A DNA stretch of 64,000 bases. It comes from the human T2T-CHM13v2.0 reference genome, Homo sapiens. The translations under genes and the position numbers were made by a program. Of the stretch, positions 29,408 to 43,563 are shown in pieces. The notes under the pieces were generated by a model. It ran no database searches, had not been told where the DNA came from, and saw nothing but the letters and a program-made list of their open reading frames with translations. The stretch's first letter is position 1. Every line of letters begins with the position of its first letter. The DNA is taken from assembly GCF_009914755.1 (NCBI RefSeq), contig NC_060927.1; one strand, given 5' to 3'.

Positions 29408-30125
29408 CGTTCATTCAGCACATATTTGCCAAGCATCTACAACATGCCAGGCACTGCTTTGCAGATCCAGCAATGAACCACTGTTCTGTGTAGGGAGCCA
29501 GAACCAAGCAGGCAGGTGAGCAGCAGTTAGCATGTGTTAGGTAGGGGAGAGTCAAGGAGAAAACTAACTCGAGTCATGGGAATGGGGAGTACCTGGAATG
29601 AGGATGCTAACAGGTGAGGGAAGGCCTTGCTGCAAAAGTGATGTTTGAGCAGAGATCTGAAGGAGCTGAGGAAGCTGATCATGGGGCTCCAGGCACAGGT
29701 AGGAGCAGGAGCAAAGGCCCTGAGGTGGGTGTGTGCTTGGCAAGCCAGGCATACTAGAAGGCAGGCGGCCCAGGGCATGGCCCAGGGAGGGCCTGGAGCC
29801 CAAGGCTGGACTCTCTGGCAGATCGGAAGGCTGGACTCTCTGGCAGATCGTCGGGGCCTTGTAGATGACTTTAAATGACTTTGGCTTTTGCCCACATCAG
29901 CTGGGAAGCCTTTGCAGGATCTTCACTCATGTTTTTAACTTATGTCTTAAAGAAAGACTCTAGCTGTGGGTAGAGCACAGACTCAGGAGCAGGGACAAAG
30001 TGGCAGCAGGAAAGCCAGTTTGGAGGCTGTTGTTGGTCTAGTGCTTTAAATGCTTTAGTTACTGCATTTCCTGATGATTTGGATGTGGGATGTCAGAAAG
30101 AGAAGACCACGTGATGCCAAAACAA
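29408..30125 (-). mobile_element. L2a fragment
   Basis: TTCATTCAGCACATATTTGCCAAGCATCTAC terminus; GATGTTTGAGCAGAGATCTGAAGG. Confidence 0.8.
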
Positions 30126-30869
30126 TGTTCAAAGTACCCCTGCACACATTATTAGAGTCACTGATAACCCCTGGTGGGGCAAATGGGCAGGGTGTCTCTT
30201 TATAGATGGGGAAACTGTGGCCCAGAGAGTAAAGGGGCTTGTCACACATTGCAGGTAAGAAGAGGTTGTGTAGGGGTCAGCATGGGGTTTTCCCAGTGGT
30301 GTTTCTCAGGGCTGTGTCACTGGCCACTCTGAGACATTTTATATCACTGTCCTAAGTTTTAAGAGAATCCAGGGAGAGCTGTGCAGGGCAGGAGGGGAGG
30401 ACCCGGGCTGTGGTCTGAAAAGGGATCTGCACAGGGAGCCGCAAGAAAGGACTGAGCATACCAAAGGCAGGTCTTGGCGGCTGTGGTCAGAGGCTGTCTC
30501 TGCCTGGAGCCCGATGACTGGGGCTTCTCCCCATACTGCAGAGGTCCTTCTCCACCCACAGAATGACCATGACATCAGCACTATCCACCCTGTGTCCACG
30601 TCCCTCTGGCACAGGACTGTGGAGTAGGGTCTACCTATTAGCGCCCACAGCTCCCAGCTCCCATTCCAGAACCTTCTTCATGGTGGGCACAGCATGATTT
30701 GTCCACAACACACAAGTTTCCACTGGCCTTGGGACCAATGGGGAAACCCAGACCCTCTGAGGTAATTCAGGGAGGAAATGGGACAAACATGATACCTGAA
30801 GGGGCTCCCCTGCTCCACAAAAAGGTAATTGGCTTTCGACACCTTATCACCCAGCTTATGAGGTGGAGT

Positions 30870-31312
30870 TCTGGCCAGAAGCAGAAGCCAGCCCTATGGT
30901 TCAAGAGACTTCAATGATGGGACTGTTCACAGAGGGTGAGCAGGTGAAGGAAATCCAGAGGCTAGCCACAGTGCGGGGCTGTTGTCACCTCTGGACCTGA
31001 AGACTGGAGGAGGAGAAAGAGTTATTCTCAGAGCCTTGAGAGAGCTGGGGCTGTGAGGAGGGGCCACTCCATGGGTGCTGCGGTCATAGGGCCACCACCA
31101 TGGCTAGAGAAGGGGCCAAACAGAGAAGGCCTCTCTGGCTTCTCTCTCCTCCCCGACACAGGTCTCTGCCAGTGCTTCCCACTGGCTGACTCAACCAGAA
31201 TCTAGAAGGTGCGGGGACCCCTGGTGATGCAGTCCTTGGGACCAGCCTCCTGGTGCACAAGGCAGGGCAGAGAATGGATGAGGGGAGAGGCCAAGGGAAA
31301 ATAGCATACCTA
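30870..31312 (-). mobile_element. LTR41-like ERVL LTR
   Basis: GGGACTGTTCACAGAGGGTG...GGTGATGCAGTCC...GGGCAGAGAATGGAT. Confidence 0.45.
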
Positions 31313-31359
31313 CAGCTGCCTTAACCCTGGGAGGAAAGTGGACTTAAAAACCACATTGG

Positions 31360-31675
<316 letters not shown>

Positions 31676-33547
31676 TTATTCATTACCACTTTCGACAGAT
31701 CCATGCTTAAGTTGCAGCTGGAGAAAATCAGTTTTCTGGAAAGAACATCCTGGTAGGAATAATGATCGGGTACTAAAACCCAGATACTGTGAAAGTCAGA
31801 TTCAGGAGGGCTTTCTAAAACAGAATTCAACAGTCATGGCTTCAGATACTGAGATCTTCCAGAAGGCAGAGGGATAGACTGTAAGGCCCATGAAGTCATT
31901 TCCAGCTCTAGTATTAACATACAGGAGTCAGTATTTTCCAAAATGGCCTATATCATTTTGATATAATGGAAATCTACATTATTTTCCAGGAAAAGTATAT
32001 ATATTAGAATAGCAACTGAGACTACTATGTAACCGTTTTCACAGGAAAAATGCACCTTGATAATTGGGATGGTGTAGATAGGTCTTCAAGTCCTTGTAAA
32101 TTCTAAATAATTAGGATGTTTTAAAACCAAAAGGAATTCATTGTAAACTGTAATTAAATATTCCTTCTTAATTTAAATATTATTTCTTAAAAATTAATGC
32201 GTTCTAATTCCTCTTTTTCCCCATCTAAAATCTAGGTTTCCACGGAAGACCAGCTGGCCTTCTAATTTGAGCAGAATTTGCAACCGATTATAAAGTCAAA
32301 GATCAATGTTTAACAAAAATCAAGTCAGCCTGGAAATCTTTTATTCTCCTGAGCTGTGTAGGCGGCTTTTCTGATAGGGAACGCTCACTCTGCGTTGGCG
32401 TTTTGGAGGTGTTCTGCATTTGAAAAGCACCCTGCAATCTGCTTTCCCCCCCAACACCCAGGCAAAGTTGACAGCATTTTCCCCTCAGTCCTTTCTATTA
32501 GTGCCGCAGGACAAAGGCTTGGTCACAAAGCTCCAGATTCACTATATCCATCCAGCTCTGCCAAATGCAGATCACAGTTTAACAATCTAACTTCTCGAGA
32601 GAGGTCTGCACTCCAGGCCCTGTGCTAAATGGGGAGGAACAGAAATGAATAACATATGGTCTTGGCACCGAGGACTTAGAATTGTGGAGGCAGAAACAGA
32701 CACACAAACAAAAACATATGACAGTATTATGGGAGCCACCAGGAACAGCTGTTGGAATCCAGTTGGGCACAAGGAAGGGAATGGTCCCTTCTCCTCAGTG
32801 TTATTCAGCTGGCTGTAAGTCGTGGGGCTTTCCAAAGGATGGAAAAGAGGGATCTGGGACCAGCATCTCAACACACGCACTTTGTACCAAAGCTCCCAGC
32901 CCACCCACCTTTTCCCAGGCATCTCTGCTTCCTGAGGTTTCTCTGGCACCTCTATTACTGTGTTATCTCCAGGTTTCGGGGTCTGCTCACCCAAACCCTA
33001 GAAAGAAAAGCCCAGTACTTTCTGTGAAAGCCAGGTAGTGATGTAGAAAGTATCTACTCTCTCAACAGCAGGTACCCAAAACCCTCGTAGAGAAGCCAGC
33101 CTGGGGAAATACAATGATAAACTTCTTAAAGGCAGAGAGGGGAGGTTACAGGGTAAGAACCCAAAGGTAATGGTTAATGAGAGAGTAAAAGGAAGTTGTT
33201 GTGCTCCTGAGAGGAAGAAGGAAAGAGAAAGGAGGCAAAGGCACAGAGAAGTGGAGAGAAGCTGGAGGGTTACTGAGAGGGTGGGTCCCTGGGGTGAAGG
33301 TCACAGAAATGACCCACACTGGGGGCCAAAAGGAATTTCTAAGAATGAGGACGTCTGGCAGCCAATTGTAAGTCATAAACCCTTCTTCACATGCCATCAC
33401 CATCACTCTCCCAATATGCATGCTTATGTGCACACACATTTTAGAGAAGACACTATACTCAGTAATACTTGGAGGTCTTTTGGTCAAAAACAAAGTGCTG
33501 AGCCTCGTGCCTGGGTGAATGCCCTTTGGCACAGAGATGGGGGCTAG

Positions 33548-33735
33548 ATGCAGGGGCAGGTCCAAATTTCGTGGAATCTGAAGCTCAGTCTGGTGAGATC
33601 CTCTTAAGGGAAAAGAATATTAAAATATTGCAAATTGGACAAAACAACACAACTACATGAACACTTTGCTGGGGACCTCCCACAAGTAAGTGCCTTGAGT
33701 TGAAGCTTCATTAGCTTCCCTAGAAATCTTCCCAT
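33548..33735. mobile_element. hAT-Tip100-like (MER91/MER45-type) DNA transposon remnant
   Basis: TGAAGCTTCATTAGCTTC motif and CAGGG-type terminus. Confidence 0.4.
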
Positions 33736-36700
33736 GTCTGGGAAGACATGACCATGGAAAAGCCAGACCCCACTTGGAAATCCTCAGAAAACTTGGAAGG
33801 GGCCTTTGGGCTTCCACAGGCTGTGCAGTGGGGGAGTTGAGTCAAGCTGATCTAGATTGTAGGGGCTGGCTGGATGTGACTTGACAACAGGGCTATAATC
33901 ACTTTCCTAATCTCAAGAACAAAGTGTAATCTCAGAAGAGGAGAGACCAGGGCTGAAGGAAATGCTAAAGGCAGTGCAGTCAGATGCAGAGGATGATCCT
34001 GAGAACTGGTGTTCCCAAAGGGATGAGGGGAAGAGTGACCACAGGCCTGCGGGGTGATATGAGCCTACTTTTTAAAAGCTCTTAAAGTCTTATTAGAAAA
34101 TTGTGATGGAGAGCTCCCCTGCCCTCTCCGCCCTCCTAGCACATGCAGTAAAATCTTTCCTCCACTCTGATTACCCTCATTTTGGAGCTCAGAAAGAAGC
34201 TAATCAGAGGGCTAACATTGGAGAAGCTACTTCAAACGCAATTTAGAATTCAGCATGATGAAGGGAGTCATCGGGTGTGTGATTGTAAAGAAGTATTTCA
34301 AAGTAATTAAGGCATGAAGGTGCAGGGCTCAGTATCTGGGGTGGAGAGGTGGATAGGGTCGGGAGAAACAGGCCAGTTCACCACCACTATCAGCTCCCAA
34401 TAGTGGAGAAAGAGGGATGGATGCCAGCCAGCAAGCAAACAGCAGTCGTGCATCACACCCAGTCACCTCTTACTACATTTGCAAATGTATCTTTCATTCC
34501 TGGTACCCTCCTCCAGACACTCTTGCACTCCCAACTTCCTTCTATTTTCAATGCAAAGTATCATTTTGGTGGCTATTGCTATTTAAGAAAAAAAAAAGCA
34601 AGAAAAAGGGAAGCTTTATGCTCCTTAGTGCTTGTGAGAGGGAAACATTTTACCTATGTTTTATAATGGGGCCAAGCAAATTTGGTCAAGATGGAACCCT
34701 TAATGTAATGGCCTCTTGCTGTGTCAGCATCAGTTTGAAGAAGAGGGAACCTGCCTGTGCCTGCACCTAACAGGAGGCCAGTCTGGCTCAACCCCATACT
34801 TTATGGGTGAAACACAGGTCCGAGAGGTTCAGCGCCATGCTGAAGGTCACACAGCAGTTTAGACGCAGGAGCAACACTACCTCCTTCCATTAAATAATCT
34901 AGGTCTTTGGAGCTTCAAGTGCCTGTTGGAGAGTGGGACCCTTTTCTTATCTGTCAGGCTCAGCATCACCTCATCATGGATGATAATGTGAATGGCACCT
35001 CCTGGAATGTACCCCATGGCAGCTGAATCCCAGACCTCTGAGATGGGCTCTGGGCCTCGGCCCCTTGCAGATAGGGAGCACAGGCTACCTGTACTTGAGG
35101 TCTGCACACAGGAGAGCCGGTGCCACGCTGGGGAGTCTGCAGTCAGATGTGGCTCTCTTGACAGTCAGTACCTGCCCCTTAGGGTTTAAAAAATGAAAAA
35201 AAAAAAAAAGAAAAAGAAAAGGAAAGAGAAATCCCTCCAATCTCTGATCTTACAGAATAAGGCCAATTCCTCGTTTTGATAGAATCAAAACCTAAATCCA
35301 TCTTTCCAAGAGACCAAAGGAAGAGACAAAGTTCAATAGATGTTTTTTCTTAAACAGTTGGATCCTATTTGAAAAGGAAAGGGTTTCTCTCTGAAGCTGA
35401 GAGACAGTAAAATGAGCATCCCTGCAGCATCAAGACTTCAGAAGTGTGGTTTGTCCTGTCCCCATCCACCTAGAGGCCGAGGGAAGCTGGAGTGTGTCAG
35501 GGTGTGGCTGACAGGACATTTGAACAGGGGATGCAGAACTGGAAGAGATGGTAAGTTTCTAGAAGCACTGGGAGTCTCCTGATGTCCAGTGACTTCCAAA
35601 TTGCACCCTTTGGTTTCAAGGAAGGCAGAGCACAATGAGCAGCTCTAATCAAAGCTGGTTCTGTGATGAGCCTCCCAGCCCCATCTAAAATCACTGGGTT
35701 TAATTGTCTTGCTCTAAAGTACATGGATTCTAAACCCAGAGACCTCATTTTACCTTTATTACATTTCTAGGCTCTCCTTGCACCTAGGAACAGGCCATTT
35801 GAGTCAAAAGCGTAGCAAAACTCATCAATCCAAGACCAAAGAGCAAGCAAAACCCACAGTATATTTCACCTGGAATAAAACAACCTGTTGTTTATTCTTA
35901 AACCCAGACACACATTGCTTTGCCACCATGTATACCCCATTTTATCCTTCCAATACATTTAGCCAGCAATTGATGGGGATTTTCCAGAGCAATGTTCAAA
36001 TATCAAATATCTGAGAGGTTGGACATCCTATCCCCAACAGAATAGGGCCTCGCAGCTAGAACAGCCCCTGGCATATAATAGGTGTCTAAAAACATTTGTT
36101 GAACGAATGAATGAAAAATTATTTTACTAGGAGATACCCAGAACGAGTCTTGCTGATACCCAAGGAGTGAGTAGGTCATTGCATATTCCCTGACCACCCC
36201 TAAAGTGGACACAGTGTGGGCAGGGAAAGGAAATAGTGCCTCAGGTCACTGCCCTGGAGGACCTGACTGTGTAATTTTAGAGGGAAAAATGCACTTGGAA
36301 GTTATGTAAGTTAGTAAACTTGCATCAGAAACAGAGCAGTGAGGAGGCAAACGGGGTAGTCCATCTGAAAGAGATGCCATTCACTCATCAGAACTGCTCT
36401 GAATGCTTCCTTAAAGCTGGTGGCACACTGGTGGCTGGGGGATGATGACTCCTGAGCTCACCCGCTGTCCTCCCACAGTCTTGAGCCTGGTGAAGTGGAG
36501 AGACGGGGAGAGGAATGCCCAGAGACAGAAAAAGTGTAGGTTTTAGACTTTAAAAGATATTGATTTAATAGTGTTTCCCTTAAAATTAAGGTAGAAATTT
36601 GATCAAGAATTAAGGAGCAAAAATTCTATTTTTAAGTCCATGAAATTTAGTTTATGAAATCTACTTTTAGAGCCAAGGCAGAGAGTGTAGATTATGTAGT

Positions 36701-36984
36701 CCACCCCACTACCCCTTTATTATTGGATGTGGAAACAGAAGCTCAGATCAGCCTAGGAGCTGTTTTCCATGTAAGAAAGAGGGTTTATATGCCTCAGGCA
36801 AGGAGTTCGCAATCTTTAGACAGTCATATATGATGGGAAGAGCATACAATACGAGAACTATTTTCACTGCGGTCATGGAATTTTATTGACTTTTAAAATT
36901 TCATACATCCTTAAAGCTGAACATGAGATTTGTGTGCTTTTTCAAAGTGAGAGTATACACCTGACCCAAGCTTCTTCAAAAGTA

Positions 36985-37215
36985 TCATGGTCAGAAAAGA
37001 TAGGGAAAGGCCCAGACACTGCCCAGATCAGAGGACACTGGGAGATATAATGACTGAATGTGCCCTGAGCAGTGTACCATGAGGATGTAAGATGTTATTA
37101 ATACTAGAGGAACTTTGATGAAGGGCCTACAGGAATTTTCTGTACCATCCTTACAACTCTCTTCTATAATTCTCAAATTATCTGAAAATAAAAAGTAATT
37201 ATCTGAAAATAAAAT
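36985..37215 (+). mobile_element. Old L1M 3' end with a 21-bp duplication in the tail
   Basis: CAGGAATTTTCTGTACCATCCTTACAACTC...AATTATCTGAAAATAAAA present twice. Confidence 0.65.
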
Positions 37216-38907
37216 TACCTGAAGGAGAGTATGATGTGTTAGACTGTATTTTCTACAAATGGTTGCGACAATGTTTCTGGTCCCACATGCTCTCCTAAAG
37301 TTTGCCACTCCCTCATCAAGAGGTGGAGCCCATGTTCTCTCTCTTGAATGGGGACAGATTACTTAACTTCTTTGTGTCTCAGTTGCCTCTGTAAAATGGG
37401 GAAAAAATACTAGCATTGTTTTTATTATTAAATAAGGGGATATATCAAAGCACTTAGGCCATGCTTGGAAATGTTGGATGTCATTATTATTGCAGGACAC
37501 AAGTTAGGAACCCAGTTATCAGTACTGGGACACACTAGTCAGAGCTGAACAACAAAAGCAACTTAATACTGAATCCCTGAAGTTTCTTAAATTCCTTCTG
37601 CTTCAGGGGATAATTCTTCCTGGGTTGGGGACACCAAGCTTGCCAGGGGGATCTGGCGGGAATGGGATGGAGAAGACAAACACAGAGACCAGAAATGGAC
37701 ATAGCATGTAGTGCACTTGTTTAGGGAAGGAGTAAAACCCCAAAGTCTGGGGTGATCAGGAATGGTGTCAAGGAGATGGTGATCTGAAGTTGGACCTTGA
37801 AGGCTGGCTCAGGTGCAGGTGTGCAGAAAGGCAGGCGAAGTTAGCAGAGGTAGAACACGAGGCGTGTTCTCAGGATCTGCCTGACTGTAGGTAGGGGTTC
37901 CCACAGATGAGCTCCAGGAGATAGAGTCAGAAAGGTAAATTGGGGCCAGGCCTTGATTGGCTTTGAATGACCTACTCAGGAGTTTGGGTCGCGGAACAAC
38001 CTAAGCAGAAGACACATTTCAGGAAGTGAAGTCTGGCAAAGGGTGAGCTGGATTGGAGAAAGAGGAGAAGAGAGAGAGAGAGACACCAGGTGGAGGTGAG
38101 AATTGACAGGAAGTTGAGAGAGGCTGGGAATGTGGTGACCAATTCCCTGCCTGGTCCTCACAAGCAAAGAGCAGGCAGTGGTAGGGGTGAGGGGTCCGCT
38201 TGGGTACAGTTTTAGTGCTATTTGCCTCAAGTTATCCTTCTTCCTTGATTTTTACCAGTAGACAATGGTAAAAAATAATCTGTACATTTCATCATTTAAA
38301 GGCTGATGGACTCTTGCCATGAACTCAAAGATTCCTGTCAATTTCATAAGCACTCCGTAGCCAAACCCTCTTCCTCCAAGGTCACACAATCCATCAAATG
38401 GCACAAGGTGGAGCTTATACCTGAGACTGGCCACTCAGGGCACTAAATCAACATACTGATGGTGATTGGTCCAGAGGTTGTCCTTGGACCCCAGTGAGGC
38501 CAATCAGAGTCCTTTCCTGGGATTGTAAGGACTTTGTGAGAAAGAGGGACCCCTTGTGGTAGTTTTAACAGAACGCCACAAGTTTTTGATACTTCTCCCT
38601 TAGAACTAGAGCCCATGTAGCCCAAGATGCTTCTCTTGAATCTGGGCAGGATTGTAACTGCTTTGACCATAGACTATAACAGAAGTGATGCCATTTGACA
38701 TTTGAGGCCATGGCCTAAAAGATCTCTGGACTCCGTCTTGTTTGCTGAAACGCTTGCTCTTAGAGCCCTGAGCCACCATGTGGAAGAAGAAAGACAGAAA
38801 GAATGAGAATAAACCCCCAGTCATTTAAGCCATTCCACTCAAGGTGCCAGACACAGTAAAAAGGCACTTAGGTGATACCACCCGCCAGCCATTTGAGGCT
38901 TCCCAGC

Positions 38908-39312
38908 TGTCAGCTCTTATGAACTGAATGTTTGTAACCGCCCCCAAATTCATACGTTGAAGCCTCAACCCCCAACGTAATGGTATTTGGAGATGGCCCT
39001 TTTGGGAGGTGATTCGGGTTAGATGAGGTCCTGAGAGTGGGGCATTCATGATGGGATTAGTGCTCTTATAAGAAGAGCTACCAGATGGCTTTCTCTCCCT
39101 CTCCACATGCATGTACTGAGGAAAGCCCATGCGAGGACACAATGAGAAGGTGGCTGTCTACAAGCCAGGAAGAGAGCCCTCACCAGAACTCAGTCAGGCT
39201 GACTGCCTGTTGTCAGACTTCCAGCCTCCAGAACTGTGAGAAAATCAATTTCTTTTATTTAAGCCGCCAAGTCTATAGTATTTTGTTATGACAGCCCGAG
39301 TAGACTAAGACA
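38908..39312 (+). mobile_element. MLT1A0-like LTR
   Basis: AAATTCATACGTTGAAGCC...GACTAAGACA; TSD CCAGC/CCAAC. Confidence 0.88.
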
Positions 39313-39445
39313 CCAACTGAGGTCCCAGACATCATGGAGCAGAGACCAGCTATCCCACCATGCCTTGTCCAAATTTTGACCCATGGAATCGACAAACATA
39401 ATAAACAGCTGATGTTTTATGCCACTAAATTTGAGGATGATTTGT

Positions 39446-39820
39446 TGTCTTAGTTCAGGCGGCTATAACAAAACAACACAGATGAGGTGACTTAGCACAA
39501 ATTTACTCACAGTTCTGGAGTCTGGAAGTACAAGATGGAGATGCAGCTGATTCAGTTCTTGGTAAGGGTTCTCTTCCTAGCTTGCAGACAGCCATCTTCT
39601 TGCTGCGTGCTTGCATGGCTTTTCTCTTGTGCTCTTTGGAGAGCACAAGCTCTCTAGTATTGCTTCTTATAAGGGCACTAATCCCATCATGCAGGCACCA
39701 CCCTCATGACTTCATCTAACCCTAATTACCTCCCAAAGGGTCCATCTACAAATATTATCACACTGGGGAATAGGGCTTCAACATATGGATTTGGGGGAAA
39801 TACACATTTAGTCCATAGCA
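39446..39820 (-). mobile_element. MLT1A0-like LTR (inverted relative to the previous one)
   Basis: TGTCTTAGTTCAGGCGGCTATAAC...GCTTCAACATATGGATTTGGGGG...CCATAGCA; near-TSD TTTGT/TTTTT. Confidence 0.88.
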
Positions 39821-40232
39821 TTTTTTATGCAGCAGTAGATAACTGGAACATCCTCCTTCCAGAGCCTGGGTACTGAGGACCATGTAAGCCTTGAGTTACC
39901 AAAGGCCATATCTGCTGAGAAGTGGAGACAGAAACGAGCTGTCAGGGAGCTGGCAATGAAGAGGAGGAGAGACAGATCCAGCCTTCCTTGATGATACTGT
40001 TCAAACCTCTGGATCAAGCCAGACCAGATCTCCTCCTCAACTTTTCAGTTACATGTGTCAACAAATTCCTTTTTTTAAAAAAAATTTCTCAAGCCAGTTT
40101 GATTTGTCTTATGTCTCTGAAATGTTAACTAGGATAAAGGGATAAAAAGGATTAAAAGAAGGAAGAGAGAAATGGGCGATGGGGGAAATAGGACCAGACC
40201 TGTGTCCTATTTTCCACTTAAATGTAAGTGGT

Positions 40233-40730
40233 ATGTATAGCAGATGGTCTTGGTTGCCTGTTTAACATCCACACTCTACCTTCTCTCCTGTTAACAGAAT
40301 CTCAATATTTTGCAAGTGCCACCTTTACCCACAGAGTTAAATCCAGATTGGTTCTAAGCTCATCAAAGTAGTCCCATGCCCCTTATCAGTGATTGGCTTG
40401 AGAGTGAGCATGTGACCAAGTTCCTCCAATGAGAGAGGTGGTCTCTGGGAGGAGCCTCTGGGAAAGACGTCCTCCTCTCAATAAGAAGACTGAAATGGGC
40501 CCTCTCCATCTCTGAACAGTGTCTACTGGGATGTGACACCTGGAATGGCCACAGACACCTTGTGACCATAATGTGCCACTGAGCAGAATAACTAGCAGAG
40601 AAAGAACCTGAGCCTTTGATGATATAAATCTGTTGATTGTCCTTGCCTGAGGCATACCCTCTTCTGCCCTTTGTTATGTGAAATGACAAACCAGTGTGAA
40701 TGGCGGTCTTCAGCTACTTGCAGCCCTGAC
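40233..40730 (+). mobile_element. Old MLT1 (J/K-like) LTR
   Basis: GTGATTGGCTTGAGAGTGAGCATGTGACCAAGTTC...CTACTTGCAGCC. Confidence 0.6.
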
Positions 40731-40967
40731 GTTGCAGAACCTGAGGGAAGCTGACTCACTCACCTTATTTTACTGAGGAAGGAACTAAGGCCCAAAGGGA
40801 CAGCTGGGTGTTCAGGCCACACAGCTAACTCGTGGCAGTGTGAGACAACAGCCTTACTTCCCTTCTGTTAACACAGGCCTCATCCTATCATACTGCTGGT
40901 TCTAGAATCTTCCAGGTCATTCATTGTACTGCCCCCCCACCATCTCCATCCCTACCCCAACAATTAG

Positions 40968-41281
<314 letters not shown>

Positions 41282-42330
41282 AAGCCCAGAGCCTTCTGTA
41301 GTCAGATGTATCTAGGGAAACTCATCTGATTTGAATCCAGCAGGCAATATTCCATCTAATTAAGCAATTAGGAGCAGGAAGGCAACATCTCTGGAGCCTA
41401 CCTGAGTTCTGTAATGAGCCTTTATAAACCACACTGGCTGTTGTGACAGATGCTGGGGTCTGCCGAGATCTCTGGATGCAGAGTTTTGCTGAGTCCCAGT
41501 GGGGGCTGTGGCTGTGGCTGTTTATAGAATCTGAGGTCTGCATTTGGATAATTACCTCCATGTGATTATCAGATTAATGTTACCTGGGCTAGAAGGTGTT
41601 TTTGCTTAAGGGAAGAAAAACAAAACCCTTTGAGGATGCCCAGTGATTGTGAACTTGAAAAGAGCCTGATCCTTAAAAGGTAGTGAACCAGTGTGGTGAG
41701 GCCAGACTACAGCCCCACAGTCAAGGCCAGCAGGTGTGCCATAGACACACAGGCCAGCAAACATACATGCCAAGAAAGTGTGTCTGTCGATGAGGTAGGG
41801 AAGAGCCTGAATGAAAATGTGTTCATTTTCCTACTTCCCTCACACACGCATACACTTAAACACACCCACACACATGCACTGCAAATTCACTGAGAAGCAG
41901 GGAGCAGCAGGGCTTCTGATCAGCACCCTCTAACACAGGAGACTTCTGTCAGGAAAGATTCAGGCTGGAAAATTCACGAAGAGGACAGCTTGGGAAAAGG
42001 CTGGTCCCAATAGGAGCTACTTCCATCTTGGACACTGGAGCCACTGCTGTTGTTGTTACCTAAGGGTCAGACATTCAGCTCAAATTCACAGGCAGAAATA
42101 TTTCAGCACCAAGACAAATATCTTTCTCTCAGAGGAATTCCTCAAAGACGTTTATGCTGCTGGGAAAGATGCCACTGGTCATGTGCCTGCCACTCAGCCT
42201 GACAAAAACGCTGGTCTGTGGGTAGGAGGCATCCAGTAGATGCTACAGAACAGTGTTTTCCCTCAAGGCCAATGGAGGGGGATGAAGTCCTCGGGTGGCA
42301 CCTTGTGGGCAGGTCTAGGGGTTTGTATGC

Positions 42331-42681
<351 letters not shown>

Positions 42682-42740
42682 TGAGGGGTGGGTATACAGA
42701 GGAATTGGGGCAGAGAGTCAGTGGCCCTGTGTACAAGAGG

Positions 42741-42742
<2 letters not shown>

Positions 42743-42776
<34 letters not shown>
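42743..42776. repeat. (GT)17 microsatellite
   Basis: Direct count. Confidence 0.97.
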
Positions 42777-42777
<1 letters not shown>

Positions 42778-42909
42778 TTTACACACAGAAACCTGTAGGA
42801 ATTTGTGTATCTCTGAATATGAGAAATACCTGGTGTTTTGGAAAGAGAGCCTTGAGCCAGGAGTTCAGAGCCACATCGATAGAAATAGGATATGAGCTAG
42901 GTATGTAAC

Positions 42910-43165
42910 TGTCTAGTAACTACATTAGAAATAAATGAAGCCCATGAAATTATTTCAAAAATATATTTTATTTAACCCAGCATACCCACAACATCATTTC
43001 AACATATAACCAATATAAAAAATATATAAATGAGATATTTTTTCTGACTAAGTCTTTGAAATCTGGTCTATATTTTACTTACAGCAATATCTGAGTTTGG
43101 ACTGGCCACACATAAAGTGTTCAATAGTTACTGGGTAGCTCATGCCTACTGTATTGGACAGTGTA
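42910..43165. mobile_element. MER33-like hAT-Charlie
   Basis: TATATTTTATTTAACCCA...GACTAAGTCTTTGAAATCTGG...GTATTGGACAGTG. Confidence 0.75.
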
Positions 43166-43340
43166 GGTCTAGAGACTTGAATTTGAGTTCCTGTCCTGTT
43201 TATTTCCAGCTTTGTGACCCTGAGAAAATGATTTGTTTGGAGCCTAAATGTCTCCATCTGTATAATACTAATAACAGCCCACCGCATGGCAGTTGTTTCA
43301 GTTCGTACCTAGCACATGCTGGGTGCCTAAGGGGACAAGT

Positions 43341-43563
43341 CAGTGCTGCTGAACTGGCTTGTACAGTGGTGTGTTGCAGCTGATTCATGACATTTCAAAA
43401 GAGCCAATTGTTAACTGTTTGGGAATTTTGCAAACTGGTGTTAAACCGTGGATCTCTTCAATTTGGCCATGGAGGGAGTACATTTACTCCATGGAAATCA
43501 GCAAACAAGTCACCCCTGCCACTCCAGAGGGCTGATTGTTAAATATTGACCTGCACACCACGA
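43341..43563. mobile_element. MER63-like hAT DNA transposon
   Basis: GGCCATGGAGGGAGTACATTTACTCCATGGAAATCAGCAAA and TTGTTAAATATT. Confidence 0.65.

Larger units (their letters stand above)
38560..39850 (+). mobile_element. MLT1E/F-like LTR hosting two younger MLT1A LTRs
   Basis: CCCTGAGCCACCATGT, CCCAGACATCATGGAGCAGAGAC, TTTTATGCCACTAAATTTGAGG and GCAGTAGATAACTGGAACA. Confidence 0.75.

Noticed and set aside
34474-34489. 16-bp palindrome TACATTTGCAAATGTA
   Set aside because: About one 8-bp-arm palindrome is expected by chance in 64 kb.
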